From Eledone cirrhosa (taxonomy: Eukaryota), in contig OZ024765.1 in assembly GCA_964016885.1 (NCBI GenBank), forward strand, positions 9,300,001-9,364,000: a DNA stretch of 64,000 bases. Direction: 5' to 3'. The position numbers and the translations under genes were made by a program. Shown one piece after another: positions 43,349 to 59,851 of this stretch (its first letter is position 1; the number at the start of each line of letters is the position of its first letter). The notes under the pieces are model-generated. The model saw only the letters and a program-made list of their open reading frames with translations, was not told the origin of the DNA and did no database searches.

Positions 43349-43459
43349 CAAAAAAGTATGGTAAGAAACCAGGTGGACCATAACGCACCAGAGTACTCGA
43401 TACTTAGGATCTAGCTGTCGAAACGGCCAGAGCTCAGACGTCGGGGTCCTAACTCTTTT

Positions 43460-43530
<71 letters not shown>

Positions 43531-44037
43531 AATATAAATTAACGTATTTCGGCTTTGGAATTAGCGAAAAACAACTTCCGAGATGTGTGGCAAGCGCTCA
43601 ATAATTCTGACGAACCAGAGCTACAACATACGTTAAAGGTCAAACACACTGAGACGATGGTTAAACCGTCATCCGCACAACCATAGAAACGACCAAGTAA
43701 TTCGGGTCAAACAAATAAAAAAATATGTGATTGATAACAGATTTCTATTTGGCTCATAGTGAAATGAATGACATTGCAATGAGGAAAGAAAAAACAAGTA
43801 GAAAATGTATATATATAGAGTGAGTCAAAAGGAATCATCCGATTTCAAAGGGTTATGTATATAAATATATATACACACACACACACATTTCGTTTTTGAA
43901 TATGTTTTGCAAGATTTCTTATCACAAAACGGGTCTTGTTGCCAATAAAAACACATACACCTGTTGGTTTCCCTTCAATCTATTATAAATGTCCAGTTGG
44001 CTGACTGGTTCGATAACCGGATGGTTGTTTATATATT

Positions 44038-44078
44038 GTCAAAGCGCTTTCGTCACACATTGAGACCTCCTCAGTGAC
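44038..44078 (-). ncRNA. Type I HHR, family H (diverged copy at 1200-1242, -)
   Basis: GUCA-CUGAGGA-GGUCUCA(AUG)UGUGAC-GAAA-GCGC-UU-UGAC; host fragments 1047-1310 and 43930-44192. Confidence 0.75.
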
Positions 44079-44186
44079 CAGGGTTTTATTTTATGTCTCT
44101 CATTTGTTCTGCCATACACCATCTTGTTTTTGATGGTGTAGGACAGAACAAAGATGTTTTTTGGCAGCATGACCCTCCCAAACTAT

Positions 44187-44235
<49 letters not shown>

Positions 44236-44745
44236 CGTATATATGTATATATAAATATACGTATTATATATGTATAGATAAATATACGTATTATATATGT
44301 ATAGATAAATATACGTATTATATATATATATATATAAATATATATATATATACATATATATAATAAGAACAGATTATATATATATTTATACGTATATATA
44401 TATATAAATATATATATACGTATATATATATAAATATATACGTATATATATATATATATACGTATATGTATATATATATATACACACGCATATATATATA
44501 CATATAAGTTAAAACAATGAAATAAAAAATCAAGTCATTAGAGATATACTTCACTGCTTTACGATCGTTTCTAGGTGATGATAATACATTGTAGCTATAC
44601 ATATATATGTATATATATATACGCATATATGTATATATATACGCATATATGTATATATATATACGCATATATGTATATATATATACGCATATATGTATAT
44701 ACGCATATATGTATATATATATACGCATATATGTATATATATATG

Positions 44746-44779
<34 letters not shown>

Positions 44780-44808
44780 CGTATATATATATATATATGT
44801 ATATATAC

Positions 44809-44866
<58 letters not shown>

Positions 44867-44868
44867 GC

Positions 44869-44907
<39 letters not shown>

Positions 44908-44962
44908 TATATATATATATATACGTATATATACATACGTATATATATATACGTATATATAT

Positions 44963-45000
<38 letters not shown>

Positions 45001-45084
45001 GTATATATATATATATATTTATAGGTATATATATATATACCTATATATATATATATATATATATATAGGTATATATATATATAC

Positions 45085-45147
<63 letters not shown>

Positions 45148-45331
45148 TATATAGATATATACGTATATATATGTATGTATGTAGATTTTGAGTATATGTT
45201 GGTTGTATACCAACACCTAAGTATGCAGGCTGGAGCACTCGACGAAGTGGGCAGGTTGGTTTGGTTACTCCGAAGTAGTGTAAAATAAAGTTAAATAAAA
45301 GACAAATGATTAAAATTTAGCTTCGTTTATT

Positions 45332-45386
45332 ACTGCTATATATATTTCAGTGACAGCCATCTTTGGCTGTGACCTCTTCAGGCAGT
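45332..45386 (-). ncRNA. Type I HHR, family G
   Basis: ACUGC-CUGAAGA-GGUCACAGCCA(AAGA)UGGCUGUCACU-GAAA-UAUAUA-UA-GCAGU. Confidence 0.88.
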
Positions 45387-45672
45387 CCGAATTAGTGTGG
45401 TATAGACAAGTACATATGTTGTTGAGGTGTATAATATTGTCAATACTCTGATATACCCAGTTCCTGGTTGGGTTGTTATTTCACTGTGGAACTGTGTTTC
45501 CATTTGTTAATATCCTATGTTTACTCCAAATACTTGTTGAGTGCTTTATATCAGTTATAAAAATATTTGCTTGTTGTATCCCAACAATTTAAATAGAACT
45601 TTTGTGTGTGTATGTATATATATATATATATACATACACAAAAGTTCTATTTAAATTGTTGGGATACAACAA

Positions 45673-45727
<55 letters not shown>

Positions 45728-45731
<4 letters not shown>

Positions 45732-45938
45732 AGGCGTGTGGCTGAGTGGTTAGAGAAATGGATTCGCAGTCGTAAGGTCGATTCCTGGACCAGGTGATGC
45801 GTTGTGTCCTTGAGCAAGACACTTTATTTCACGTTGCTCCTTCTACCTGGAGTTGCGACCGATAGATAGTATTAGCAATTGGAAAGACCAACGGAAACAT
45901 TGTTCCCTCGGTCCGATTTGACGAAAGTCGATCGTTCC
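45728..45938 (+). mobile_element. S2 SINE with part of the B box deleted
   Basis: Reverse complement of 42033-42249 lacking tgtgagtt. Confidence 0.85.
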
Positions 45939-46174
45939 TTTATATATATATGTATTTTTTCTCGCTAGTCAGTTCTTTCGTTGCTACCGACCCCGCGATT
46001 GAATTACCGGTCGCTATCTTTAATTTGCAAAGCCCTTTAAACGGTATGTTATAACTCTGAGGTTTTATACCTTGTCCAGTGCTTGGCTGCACTTCTGAAT
46101 GCTTGAGCTTCGAATATGCTGTACTTCCATTTGTGTATACACACACACACACACACAGACACACATACACACAC

Positions 46175-46208
<34 letters not shown>

Positions 46209-47065
46209 TTAGAAACACACAGATACATGCGGACACACACATATACATGAATGCATCCACACCCAACCGTGAGTTAATGGTGCCAACCTTACCGATGTTG
46301 CTCAATGAATGACTGGGACAGACCAATCCGGTTGAATTAGACTGAACCAGTATCAGAGTTAAAAATACATTATGAAGAGAGAAGAAACATTTAGATATAA
46401 TATATATTTAGATATACATATATATATATATATGTATTTAAATGTATTTAACTGCTCGGAAGAGCCCCTTCCTGGAGCTTAATTATTGTAAACGACTGAG
46501 AGTTTATTCTCAAAATATAATATAATATATATATATATGTATGTATGTATGTAAACCATGTATGTAACAACCCAATTTGTGCTCGTAAGCAGATGGCTGT
46601 GATTGTGCGCAGACTCATTAAAGCAACGCCAGTCCAGGACGGCGAGGGTGGGGTGGTGGTGAAAGGTTACCAGCTGACGAAAGTCTAGAAGTAGGCCACC
46701 GCGTGTTGTGTCATGTAGTGAGGGGACACGTGTGACTTCGGCTTGTGCCGCCCTTCCTCTGCATGCCCTACCCACCGAATCTTCTCCCCGCATACGCTTT
46801 CTTCCCTGACCACCAACCACCAACCACCACCAACCACCACCGCCGCCGCCGCCTAACCTCCGCTTCCTTTCTTATTGTGCCGCCATGTTGGAACCAGACG
46901 TGACTGGCGGGGAAGGGAGTGGGAGTGGAGATTTGCACAAGTAGCTATATTCGTTTTAAAGACTATTAGCAATGTGAATCTCTTGTGGCTATTGTCTTAT
47001 ATGCAATATATACTCAGTATATACGTGTGTATGTGTGTGAGTGTATATATATATATATATATATA

Positions 47066-47435
<370 letters not shown>

Positions 47436-47512
47436 CATAAATGAAACAAAAGGAAGCACAGGGAGCAAAATTACACGCTTGGAGGAGGTTGTTTCGGACA
47501 TATATAATTATG

Positions 47513-47557
<45 letters not shown>

Positions 47558-47838
47558 TATATATATATATTATATTATACAATAATATATATATAATTAT
47601 ATAATATATAATTATAAGCAAATTCAACCTATTTCGCCTCCTATCATTTTACTTTATAATATATTTGACTCCGTTCCCGCACCACCAACATGATTCAACA
47701 TCAAAGATGGATGAGTTGCGTAACGCCGAGTGCTTTACTTATATTACATCATGTTTAACATTGCAGAATGACCAATTCTATCCAGTTGTAAACCACCAAA
47801 TTTATGTGCGTGTGTCTGTCTGTCTGTCTGTCTGTCTG

Positions 47839-47872
<34 letters not shown>

Positions 47873-47927
47873 TGTGTGTGTGTGTGTGTCGTTGGGTCTC
47901 GTTGGATGTATAAAGAAATATATATAC

Positions 47928-47969
<42 letters not shown>

Positions 47970-47972
<3 letters not shown>

Positions 47973-48240
47973 TCTAAAGTCTGTCTTAAGCCAGAAGGCT
48001 CATTTGGCCGGTGCTTATCCCGGTTTCATGGCGTGAAGCGACTCAGAGTACAAGACCCCCCCTGGACAGGACGCCAGTCCATCGCAGGGTTAAACCTCCA
48101 GCTATTGCTGGTACTCATTTTCAGCTGAGTATTCTGGAGCAACGTCAAATGAAGTGTCTTGCTCAAGAACACAACACACAACCCAGGAATCGAACCCACG
48201 ACATTATGATCGTAAGTCCAACACTAGGCCACGTGCCTCC
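47970..48240 (-). mobile_element. S3 SINE
   Basis: Matches 13671-13950. Confidence 0.8.
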
Positions 48241-48266
48241 CCTTATATATATATATACATGTATAT

Positions 48267-48312
<46 letters not shown>

Positions 48313-48394
48313 ACATGTATATATATATATATATATACATGTATATATATATATATATACATGTATATATATATACATATATATATATATATAC

Positions 48395-48425
<31 letters not shown>

Positions 48426-48444
48426 TACATATGCATATATATAA

Positions 48445-48478
<34 letters not shown>

Positions 48479-48539
48479 GTACATACATATTTATTTATAT
48501 ATATATATATAGATATACATACATATGCATTTATATACT

Positions 48540-48571
<32 letters not shown>

Positions 48572-48602
48572 TATACATACATATATACATATATATACAT
48601 AC

Positions 48603-48653
<51 letters not shown>

Positions 48654-49396
48654 GATATATATACATATATATATTCACATGTATTTACATACAAAGCCGT
48701 ATAAGGCCTATAAAGACCACCAACAATAAATAGTAATAAACGCTAATATTAATGGTCATGATTATCCTAGTTAATTAGTTCCGGTTGGGCTCGTAAAGTT
48801 GCCCTTGACAACTGAGTGGCAACCATGTCTACATTGGGTCAAAATATTAGAGGACAGCTACTCCACATTTAACGAGCATGTTTCCGATCAACTGACCAGT
48901 ACGTAAAGCGGATTCTAGTCGTAAACGATTTCCCCACTTAACGAACAAATTTCCGTTCCGGTGACCGAGATGTAGCGCGAAAACAGTCTGTGAATGAATT
49001 TCTCATTTAACGAATAGTTTTCCGTTCCACTGACCTGGAAGTAGAGATAATTGGTTGGAAAACGGATTCCTCACTTAACGACCAAGTTGTTTTTCTTGAG
49101 ATATTGTCGTAAAACGAATTTTTCGGTCAGCGGATGTCCCACTTAACGACATTATGTACAGCGACTTGGTTGGTAAACAAATTTAATTCTTCACTTAACG
49201 ACCAAGTTGTTTTCTAGAGATATTGTCGTAAAACGAAGTGTTCGGTAAGCGAATGTCCCAGTTAACGACAAGATTCGTTTAAGTGGCTTGGCCGATAAAT
49301 GAATTTATCGCTAGTTTTCCTCGTCGATAGATCAAAGCATCAATATTATGAACATGTGATTAGAATGTCCAAGAGTATATATATATATATATATAT

Positions 49397-49805
49397 AATA
49401 TAAGATCAAAAGATGGTTAAAGGAGTTCCATGTATTTTATTATGCGCATTTCAAAAACAAACATCATCATGCAATAATATTTGTGTTTTCATCAGATAAA
49501 ACAGGAGAACATGATATGAAGGCTAAAAAACACTTGTGGATAGTGCAGTTTTAAATCAACATTTAAAACTGCACTATCCACAAGTGCTTTTTAGCCTTCA
49601 TATCATGTTCTCCTGTTTTATCTGATGAAAACACAAATATTATTGCATGATGATGTTTGTTTTTGAAATGCGCATAATAAAATACATGGAACTCCTTTAA
49701 CCATCTTTTGATCTTATATTATGTATACTCCAGTCCTACAAACTGTAGAGTGCTTCTTATCCGATATCTGCATTGCTTTATTGTACTACAATAAAACTCA
49801 CCTCC

Positions 49806-49809
<4 letters not shown>
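49397..49809. mobile_element. PLE family B inverted pseudo-LTR insertion with two HHRs (- 49433-49503, + 49614-49684)
   Basis: Essentially perfect ~157-bp inverted arms with a short spacer near 49555; both cores intact; (TA)n flanks. Confidence 0.85.
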
Positions 49810-49860
<51 letters not shown>

Positions 49861-49960
49861 CAAGAGATGCCAACATGAATGGACCTGTTATTTTTATCTA
49901 AACAGATTTTTTCCAATTCCATCCCACCTGACCACTCAATCTATCTTATTTCTCATTCTT

Positions 49961-49996
49961 TCTTCTGATGAAGGACTAGTGTCCGAAGCGTTAAGA
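49961..49996 (+). ncRNA. Minimal HHR, family L (A15.1G); degenerate relative at 56509-56541 (-)
   Basis: UCUU-CUGAUGA-A-GGAC(UAGU)GUCC-GAAG-CG-UU-AAGA. Confidence 0.65.
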
Positions 49997-50132
49997 CCCT
50001 CTTCCTGCTATATCAAGTGTTAACCTAATACATCCCTTCCATATATATAAATATATATATATATATTTATATATATATATATATATATATATAAATATAT
50101 AAATATATATATATATATTTATATATATATAA

Positions 50133-50179
<47 letters not shown>

Positions 50180-50705
50180 TTGGTGGATAAAAACAGACAG
50201 AAATATGAAGCATAAAATTACTACGTAAAAGGATTTTAAAAAAATTATACAACAAAAATGTTTACACAAACGAAAATTACGGGCATAGAAGTGAGCGGTC
50301 GTTAAACGAGATAGTGTTGAAATGAGAAAAAGGGTGCATTTCTTCAATACATGGTCGTTAAGCGAGGAAAATACGGTATAACAGTTGTCGTTAAGTGAGG
50401 AAAGTGCTATATTACAACATAGATGACCAATAAATATATCTATTTATTCTTTGACGACGGAGGGGGAAAGAATAATGAGGGTGGTGTATGGGTGTGCATC
50501 TGGGGAAGAAGGTGAAGGGGTAATATTTCTTTCTTTCTTTTTACTACTTCTTGTAATGGCTTGGCTACCTATGGTTTCCTCGTCTACCCCGCCTCGCCAC
50601 TTGCTCACGTGACACTAATTACACGAAACAACAGCACGTGGTACTAACGGAAGTTGTCAGTGACCGACCGCTTACGATTTTCTGTGTCAAATAATTCCTC
50701 GAACA

Positions 50706-50752
<47 letters not shown>

Positions 50753-51803
50753 AATAAAAAAAATAATAATAAAATAGAAAAATAAAAAAATAAAAATAAA
50801 AATAGAAAAATAAAAATAAAAATAAAAATAAAAATAAAAATAGAAAAATAAAAGTAAAAATAGAAAAATAAAAAATGGGGCGAGAGGGGCTGACCAAACT
50901 CCTTACCGAGACGAACCCAATTTTTATGACCATTGCTTAGTTTGATCCCTCTTCTGAAATAATTGACCCCTCTCCGTGCTTATATAGAATGTTTGCCACC
51001 CATCAAACACCAATACCGCTACCACTGACCACCATCACTAACGTCGCCGCCACTGCCATCACCCCCATCACTATCACTACCACCATCATCACCACCATCA
51101 CTAACCCCCCCCCCACCACCACCACCACCACCACCATCGTCACGACTACTACCAGTAATTACCATTACCACCACTATCATTACTACCACCATTACCATAT
51201 TGCCACCCCCATTACCACCACCACCACCACCACCACCATTACCATTACCACCACCATCATTACCACTACCACAATTACCACCACCATTACCACCATCACT
51301 ACCACCACCATTACCACTATCACTACTACTATCATTACCATCATCACTACCACCACCATCACCACCACCATCACCACCATCATTACCACCCTGCCACCAT
51401 CATCACCACTACTACTACCAGTAATCACCATTATCACTAACACCACCGCCACCAATACCATTACCACCATCACTACCACTACCATTACAACCACCATCAC
51501 CACCATCATTACTACCACCACCATTACCTACCACACTACCACCACCATTACCACCATCATCACCACTACTACTAATAATCACCATTTCCACCAGCATCAC
51601 ATTCACCACCAACAACAATAACGACACCACCACCATCACAACCACCACCACCACCACCACCCGACTCTTTAACGGACGAAGAGCAAATTTAGACATCTTG
51701 CCAGGCTGACCTTAATGACCTTAACTACAATGACTTGGATGGCTTCGACAGCCTCTGTCCAGCTGGTCTGGGGTGGCTGGACCATTGATCACAGCAATTG
51801 GTT

Positions 51804-52908
51804 GAGGCTCAAGTTAAACGTTAATTTTGACTCTGGTCACCGACCGTGGTGATCGTTGTCATGGAGGCTCAAGTTAAACCTTAAGTTTGACTCTGATCAC
51901 CGACCGTGGTGATCGTTGTCATGGAGGCTCAAGTTAAACCTTAATTTTGACTCTGATCACCGACCGTGGTGATCGTTGTCATGGAGGCTCAAGTTAAACC
52001 TTAATTTTGACTCTGATCACCGACCGTGGTGATCGTTGTCATGGAGGCTCAAGTTAAACCTTAATTTTGACTCTGATCACCGACCGTGGTGATCGTTGTC
52101 ATGGAGGCTCAAGTTAAACCTTAATTTTGACTCTGATCACCGACCGTGGTGATCGTTGTCATGGAGGCTCAAGTTAAACCTTAATTTTGACTCTGATCAC
52201 CGACCGTGGTGATCGTTGTCATGGAGGCTCAAGTTAAACCTTAAGTTTGACTCTGATCACCGACCGTGGTGATCGTTGTCATGGAGGCTCAAGTTAAACC
52301 TTAATTTTGACTCTGATCACCGACCGTGGTGATCGTTGTCATGGAGGCTCAAGTTAAACCTTAATTTTGACTCTGATCACCGACCGTGGTGATCGTTGTC
52401 ATGGAGGCTCAAGTTAAACCTTAATTTTGACTCTGATCACCGACCGTGGTGATCGTTGTCATGGAGGCTCAAGTTAAACCTTAATTTTGACTCTGATCAC
52501 CGACCGTGGTGATCGTTGTCATGGAGGCTCAAGTTAAACCTTAATTTTGACTCTGATCACCGACCGTGGTGATCGTTGTCATGGAGGCTCAAGTTAAACC
52601 TTAATTTTGACTCTGATCACCGACCGTGGTGATCGTTGTCATGGAGGCTCAAGTTAAACCTTAATTTTGACTCTGATCACCGACCGTGGTGATCGTTGTC
52701 ATGGAGGCTCAAGTTAAACCTTAAGTTTGACTCTGATCACCGACCGTGGTGATCGTTGTCATGGAGGCTCAAGTTAAACCTTAATTTTGACTCTGATCAC
52801 CGACCGTGGTGATCGTTGTCATGGAGGCTCAAGTTAAACCTTAATTTTGACTCTGATCACCGACCGTGGTGATCGTTGTCATGGAGGCTCAAGTTAAACG
52901 TTAATTTT
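51804..52908 (+). repeat. 60-bp tandem array, 18 units plus a partial one
   Basis: Consecutive 60-nt lines are identical except for a t/g variant (ttaattttga versus ttaagtttga). Confidence 0.97.
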
Positions 52909-52914
52909 TAGTTT

Positions 52915-53640
<726 letters not shown>

Positions 53641-54089
53641 AATAGATCGTGACGGTCATTGATATAAAGGTTCGGGTTAAACGTTAGTTTTTACTCTGAT
53701 TAGGGATCATGGTGGTCGTTGTCATAGAAACGTCACGTCCAGTCCCGTTCCGAGAATCTCTTTTATTCTCTTTTACTGCCGGACTGTTTATTTTATCGAT
53801 TTCTTTTTGTCGAATCGCTATATCACGAGGCATAAACACAGACAAACACCACACACTCACACACACGCATACATACGTACAGACATACGTACGTACGTAC
53901 AAACATACACACATACACACACACATGCATGCATACATACATGCACACATACGTACGTCCAGAAATACATACATATACCCATACATATATAATGACTGCC
54001 TCCACGTTATCGAATATGGCCATTGCACGATAAAAAAAATTATATATACATACATGCATACCTTACATAGATACATGCATACATGCATA

Positions 54090-54805
54090 CGGGACAGACA
54101 AAAGAAGGCATGCACAGTAGTGGAAATCAGCAATCCAGCAGATGCCAATATAATGCTAAAGATTAGTGAAAAGAGAACATTTATGCTGAACTAATGAGGA
54201 ATCTGCAGATACTCCAACCCGACTATACTTTTAGATTTGTACCTGTGATTATTGGGGCACTGGGATATGTTAGTAACTGTCTCAGTAGACATCTTGATAG
54301 CCTACAGATACTCAACCCCGACTATACCTTTAGATTTTTACCCATGATCATTGGGTCTCTATGATATGTTACAGCCTGTCTCAGTTGAAGATACTTCACC
54401 CTGACAATACTTTTAGATTTATATCTGTGATCATTGGGTTTCTACCTCATGCTATTAACTACCTCAGTGGAAATCTTGAGAAGCCGGGCTTCACAGAACC
54501 AGAAAGAGCATTGCTAGTTAGGAAGTTACAAGTACAGTCCATTAATGGAACAGTAAAAATATGTAAAATTTTTCAGAAATCCTGCATGTAATAACTGCAT
54601 ATACACATGTATAGACACACAAACATATGACGTGTGTACATATAACTCAAAACATGCAGATTCACACATACAATAATATCCATACCTGCACACACATACA
54701 GACATAGACACATGTTTACCTAGTTGCTGTCTAAATCCCAATGAAAGTCTTGTGTCTATGATAGAAGCCGGCTCTCCTCCTCTCCCAATTGGTGGTAATA
54801 TAGAC
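54090..54805 (+). mobile_element. Second R4-like RLE retrotransposon 3' fragment, with an internal triplication
   Basis: RDRQKKACTVVEISNPAD...FRFVPVIIGALGYV...KLQVQSINGTVKICK; the segment cagatact..tttagattt..gtgat[ct]attggg recurs near 54206, 54305 and 54388; preceded by (CATA)-like repeats. Confidence 0.7.
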
Positions 54806-55764
54806 AACATAGAAATTAAACTAATATCTAAACATAGAAATGACTCAACAGGTAGGCAAATTAGAGAAGCAACTGAGATAGAACTAAGAAGACCGAAGTT
54901 GAACAGAAAAAAAGAATGGAATAACAACAACCACAACCATACACAGACACATAATACTGACCTAAGATAAATATAAATAAATAAATATACACAGGTGCAA
55001 TAACAACGACCACACATAAACACACACTAGTGAACAAAGATAGAATACAAACACACAGAGACTCAGACACGAACACACACCAAACAGAAAACACACACAC
55101 AAACGCATGCGCAAACAGATACAAAAATAAATAAATAAATAAATAAATAAAAATAGAGTAGGCATTACAATGCAACGGAAGGAAACATAATAGTACAATT
55201 GATGATGTCACAAGTATGTGATGAAAGAACTTTGATAGACTATATATATATATATATTTTTTTTTTTTAACCGTTGGTCAATCAATGATAAACATTGATT
55301 GCCAGCTAAATTAACTATAGGGATGTAAAATATAAAGAAGCGAAAACCAATCCAAACTAAACAGTGGGTGTGTTTTATTATTATTTCTGGCAATATTATA
55401 ACAATATGACCCTCCGCAAATATAACAATATATATAGATATATATATATAGTTATGTAATAAACAACATAAGGCAATTCCATGGTGTATGTTGGTTAAAT
55501 TCCTGAAAACTGTAGAGTGCTCAACTAATCGGGCTGGAAAGTGCCAATCGTATATGTAATATAGAATATGCTTCAATATATATATATATAAATCAGGAAA
55601 GAGGGTTGACATGGTTTGCTATACAAAAAAGGTTTTTAATCTCATAGCTGACAATTGTTTCTCTGAACTGGTAGGTCTAGAGATCGCTATTCGCTTATTT
55701 TCACGTTACTCGATCGCCAATACTTTACCTAAGTGGACTGCATTTAACTATTATTTGTTACCCC

Positions 55765-55809
<45 letters not shown>

Positions 55810-55953
55810 CGCTACTTTCACCCTTAACGGGATCTTCTTTGCTTAAACTTTAATCTGTTATTTTAATAAATATTTGCTCTACGGTTCTTATATATTTGAT
55901 ATATATTTATCCTTATCGAGCCCTCTTTGGATTTTAGTCTTCAAATTTATTAT

Positions 55954-55991
<38 letters not shown>

Positions 55992-56086
55992 ACAGGGGAA
56001 AAGAGACGATTATTAGGAAGAAAAAAAATGTTTTCCCTTTTTTGTTGCTCTCTCTCTTTGTGTGTGTGTATATATATGTATATATG

Positions 56087-56301
56087 AGGAACGATCGACT
56101 TTCGTCAAATCGGACCGATGGAACAATGTTTCCGTTGGTCTTTCCAATTGCTAATACTATCTATCGGTCGCAACTCCAGGTAGAAGGAGCAACGTGAAAT
56201 AAAGTGTCTTGCTCAAAGACATAACGCATCGCCTGGTCCAGGAATCGAACTCACAACCTTACGATTCCGAATCCAATTCCCTAACCACTCAGCCACACGC
56301 C

Positions 56302-56305
<4 letters not shown>
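56087..56305 (-). mobile_element. S2 SINE
   Basis: Near-identical to 42033-42249. Confidence 0.85.
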
Positions 56306-56341
<36 letters not shown>

Positions 56342-56727
56342 ATGTTTTACCTTATTGACATACACACATGCACACAGAATTATGTGTGTGTGTATGTATA
56401 TATATACATACACACACACATATAATTCTGTGTGCATGTGTGTATGTCAATAAGGTAAAACATCACAGAAGAACGATAAAATATAATAGTGGTTTATTAG
56501 TTTAAAGGTTGATGTATCGGACACTAATCCTTCATCAGAACATAGAAAAGGAGAGAAGAGAGGGCGTTGTTTGGAAGATAAATAGCAGCCATGTTTGCAG
56601 GTTTGCACCTAGAAAATTCCTTGCCGAGGCACATGTCCGGTAAGGTGATTGTATGTGCGTGTGTGTGTGTGTATATACATATAATATAGACACACACACA
56701 CACATATATATACATGTATGTATGCAT

Positions 56728-56760
<33 letters not shown>

Positions 56761-56761
56761 C

Positions 56762-56856
<95 letters not shown>

Positions 56857-56893
56857 TATATATACACACACACACATATATATATATATATGT

Positions 56894-56960
<67 letters not shown>

Positions 56961-56985
56961 CACACACATGTATATGTATACATAC

Positions 56986-57050
<65 letters not shown>

Positions 57051-57539
57051 CGTGTGTGTTTATATATAAATGTGTGTTTTGAGTGATTGTGAGTGTGTAC
57101 TTTGTAAAGAAGAAAGGGTCATGGCTGGAATGTCTGTTATTATAGGTAGGTCAAGTTTATTAGGGTCCAATATAGGGCTGAAACAACAAAAAGGGGACGG
57201 GGTCAGCAAGTTTGGTGTGTGGTGGTCACTAGCTCGTGCCTCTCAGCTGTTGTCGCTAACATAGCAAATCAGTTGACACACACACACATATATATATATA
57301 CACACACACATATATATATACACACACATATATACACACACACACAAACATATACACACACACATACACACAAATATATATATATATACACACACAAACA
57401 TATATATATATACACACACAAACATATACATACACACACACATATATACACACACACACACACATATATATATATACACACAAACATATACACACACATA
57501 TATATATATATACACACAAACATATACACACACACACAA

Positions 57540-57639
<100 letters not shown>

Positions 57640-57674
57640 GCATACATAATATATACACGTGTGCACATATATGC

Positions 57675-57719
<45 letters not shown>

Positions 57720-58289
57720 ATAGAGAGACGAAGTAGGCTGTCACCCCACCCCGTCACGGACACACCCCGTCCCCCCGTAACACCCGTATTTGTCCATCTC
57801 TGCACCCTTCCTCCCCCATCCACCTCCCTCCCTCCTCTATTTGCACCCCTGCCCTACCTCAATCCCATCCTCTACCCATCACCCCACTACCCCTTGTCTC
57901 TTCTCCCCCCGTCTTACACCCCCTCCTACCCGCCCTCTTCCCCCTACACTCGCCTATTACCCCCCCCCCCTCCCAGCCTACTCCCCTATCCCCCACCATC
58001 CCACCCCTCCGATACCCCAAACCCATCCACCCCTACTCCTTTATACCCTCCCCCCCCCGCTATGCTCGCCTGCCACCCTTCAGTCTACTCCTCTGTCCTG
58101 CACCCTCTCACCCCTCCCCTCCATCAGCTCCCCCACTCCGCCATCCCATCCACCCCTTCCTACCCTTCCCCCACCCCGATTCATTTGTTCCTTAGTTTTC
58201 GTTCATCTGTTAATTCTTTCTTCTCGATTACTTCCACCCACAACGTGCCGCCGCCGCCGCCGCCGAGAGCAGCTCCCCCTACCCGCAGT

Positions 58290-59515
58290 CACACCGCCAC
58301 CATCACCATCATCATGACCACAAACAACAGCAACACCGCCGCCATCACCACCACCACCACCACCGCCTTCATCACCACCACCGCCGCCGCCGTCATCCCC
58401 ATCAACACCACCATCGCCACCACCACCACCACCGCCTTCATCACCATCAACACCACCACCACCGTCGCCGTCATCCCCATCAACACCACCACCACCACCA
58501 CCACCACCACCACCGCCTTCATCACCATCAACACCACCACCGCCGCCGCCGTCATCACCATCAACACCACCACCACCACCGCCGCCGCCGTCATCACCAT
58601 CAACACCACCATCGCCATCACCATCAACACCACCATCGCCACCACCACCACCACCGCCTTCATCACCATCAACACCACCACCACCGCCGCCGCCTTCATC
58701 ACCATCAACACCACCACCACCGTCGCCGTCATCCCCATCAACACCACCACCACCACCACCGCCGCCGCCGTCATCACCATCAACACCACCATCGCCATCA
58801 CCATCAACACCACCATCGCCATCACCATCAACACCACCATCGCCACCACCACCACCACCACCGCCTTCATCACCATCAACACCACCACCACAACCCCCGC
58901 CGCCGTCATCACCATCAACACCACCACCGCCATCACCATCAACACAAACACCGCCATCATCGCCATCAACAACACCACCACCACCACCATCATCATCGCC
59001 ACGAACAACACCACCATCATCACCACCACCACCGCCATCATCACCATCAACATCACCACCACCACCATCATCACCACCACCACCGCCTTCACCGCCATCA
59101 TCAACACCATCATCAACACCAACACCACCGCCTTCATCACCATCAACACCACCACCACCGCCATCAACACCATCAACAACACCACCACCACCAACACCAC
59201 CACCTTCATCACCATCAACACCAACACCACCACCTTCATCACCATCATCATCACCACCACCACCTTCATCACCATCAACACCATCATCACCACCACCACC
59301 GCCTTCACCGCCATCATCAACACCATCATCAACACCAACACCACCACCTTCATCACCATCAACACCAACACCACCATCACCCCCACCAACACCACCACCA
59401 TCATCAACACCACCCCCACCACTACAAACACCACCACCAACAACACCACCACCAACAACACCAACACCACCATCATCAACACCACCCCCACCAACACCAC
59501 CAACACCACCACTAC
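58290..59515. repeat. (CAC/CAT/CGC)n degenerate trinucleotide tract; similar tracts at 20240-20745, 39230-40765, 51020-51660 and 63300-64000
   Basis: Direct inspection. Confidence 0.9.
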
Positions 59516-59771
59516 ACGTATAACATAAGCCCATACTGACACACACAACCATATATGATAGACCCCCCCCCCACACACACACACGCACTCGATCGCCAAC
59601 GTATACATGCATATATATATATATATATATATATATAGCACATATATATACATATACATATATACATATACATATATATACACATATATATACATATACA
59701 TATACACATATACATATATATACACATATATATACATATATACATACACATACATATATATATACATACAC

Positions 59772-59851
<80 letters not shown>

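Noticed and set aside
43600-43705. Additional hammerheads (CUGACGA at 43607; also 8500-8560, 9812-9855 and 41935-41970)
   Set aside because: Core or helix pairing too degenerate to support by eye.
51804-52908. CRISPR-like array with palindromic repeats
   Set aside because: No unique spacers (units are identical head-to-tail), no cas genes, eukaryotic context.
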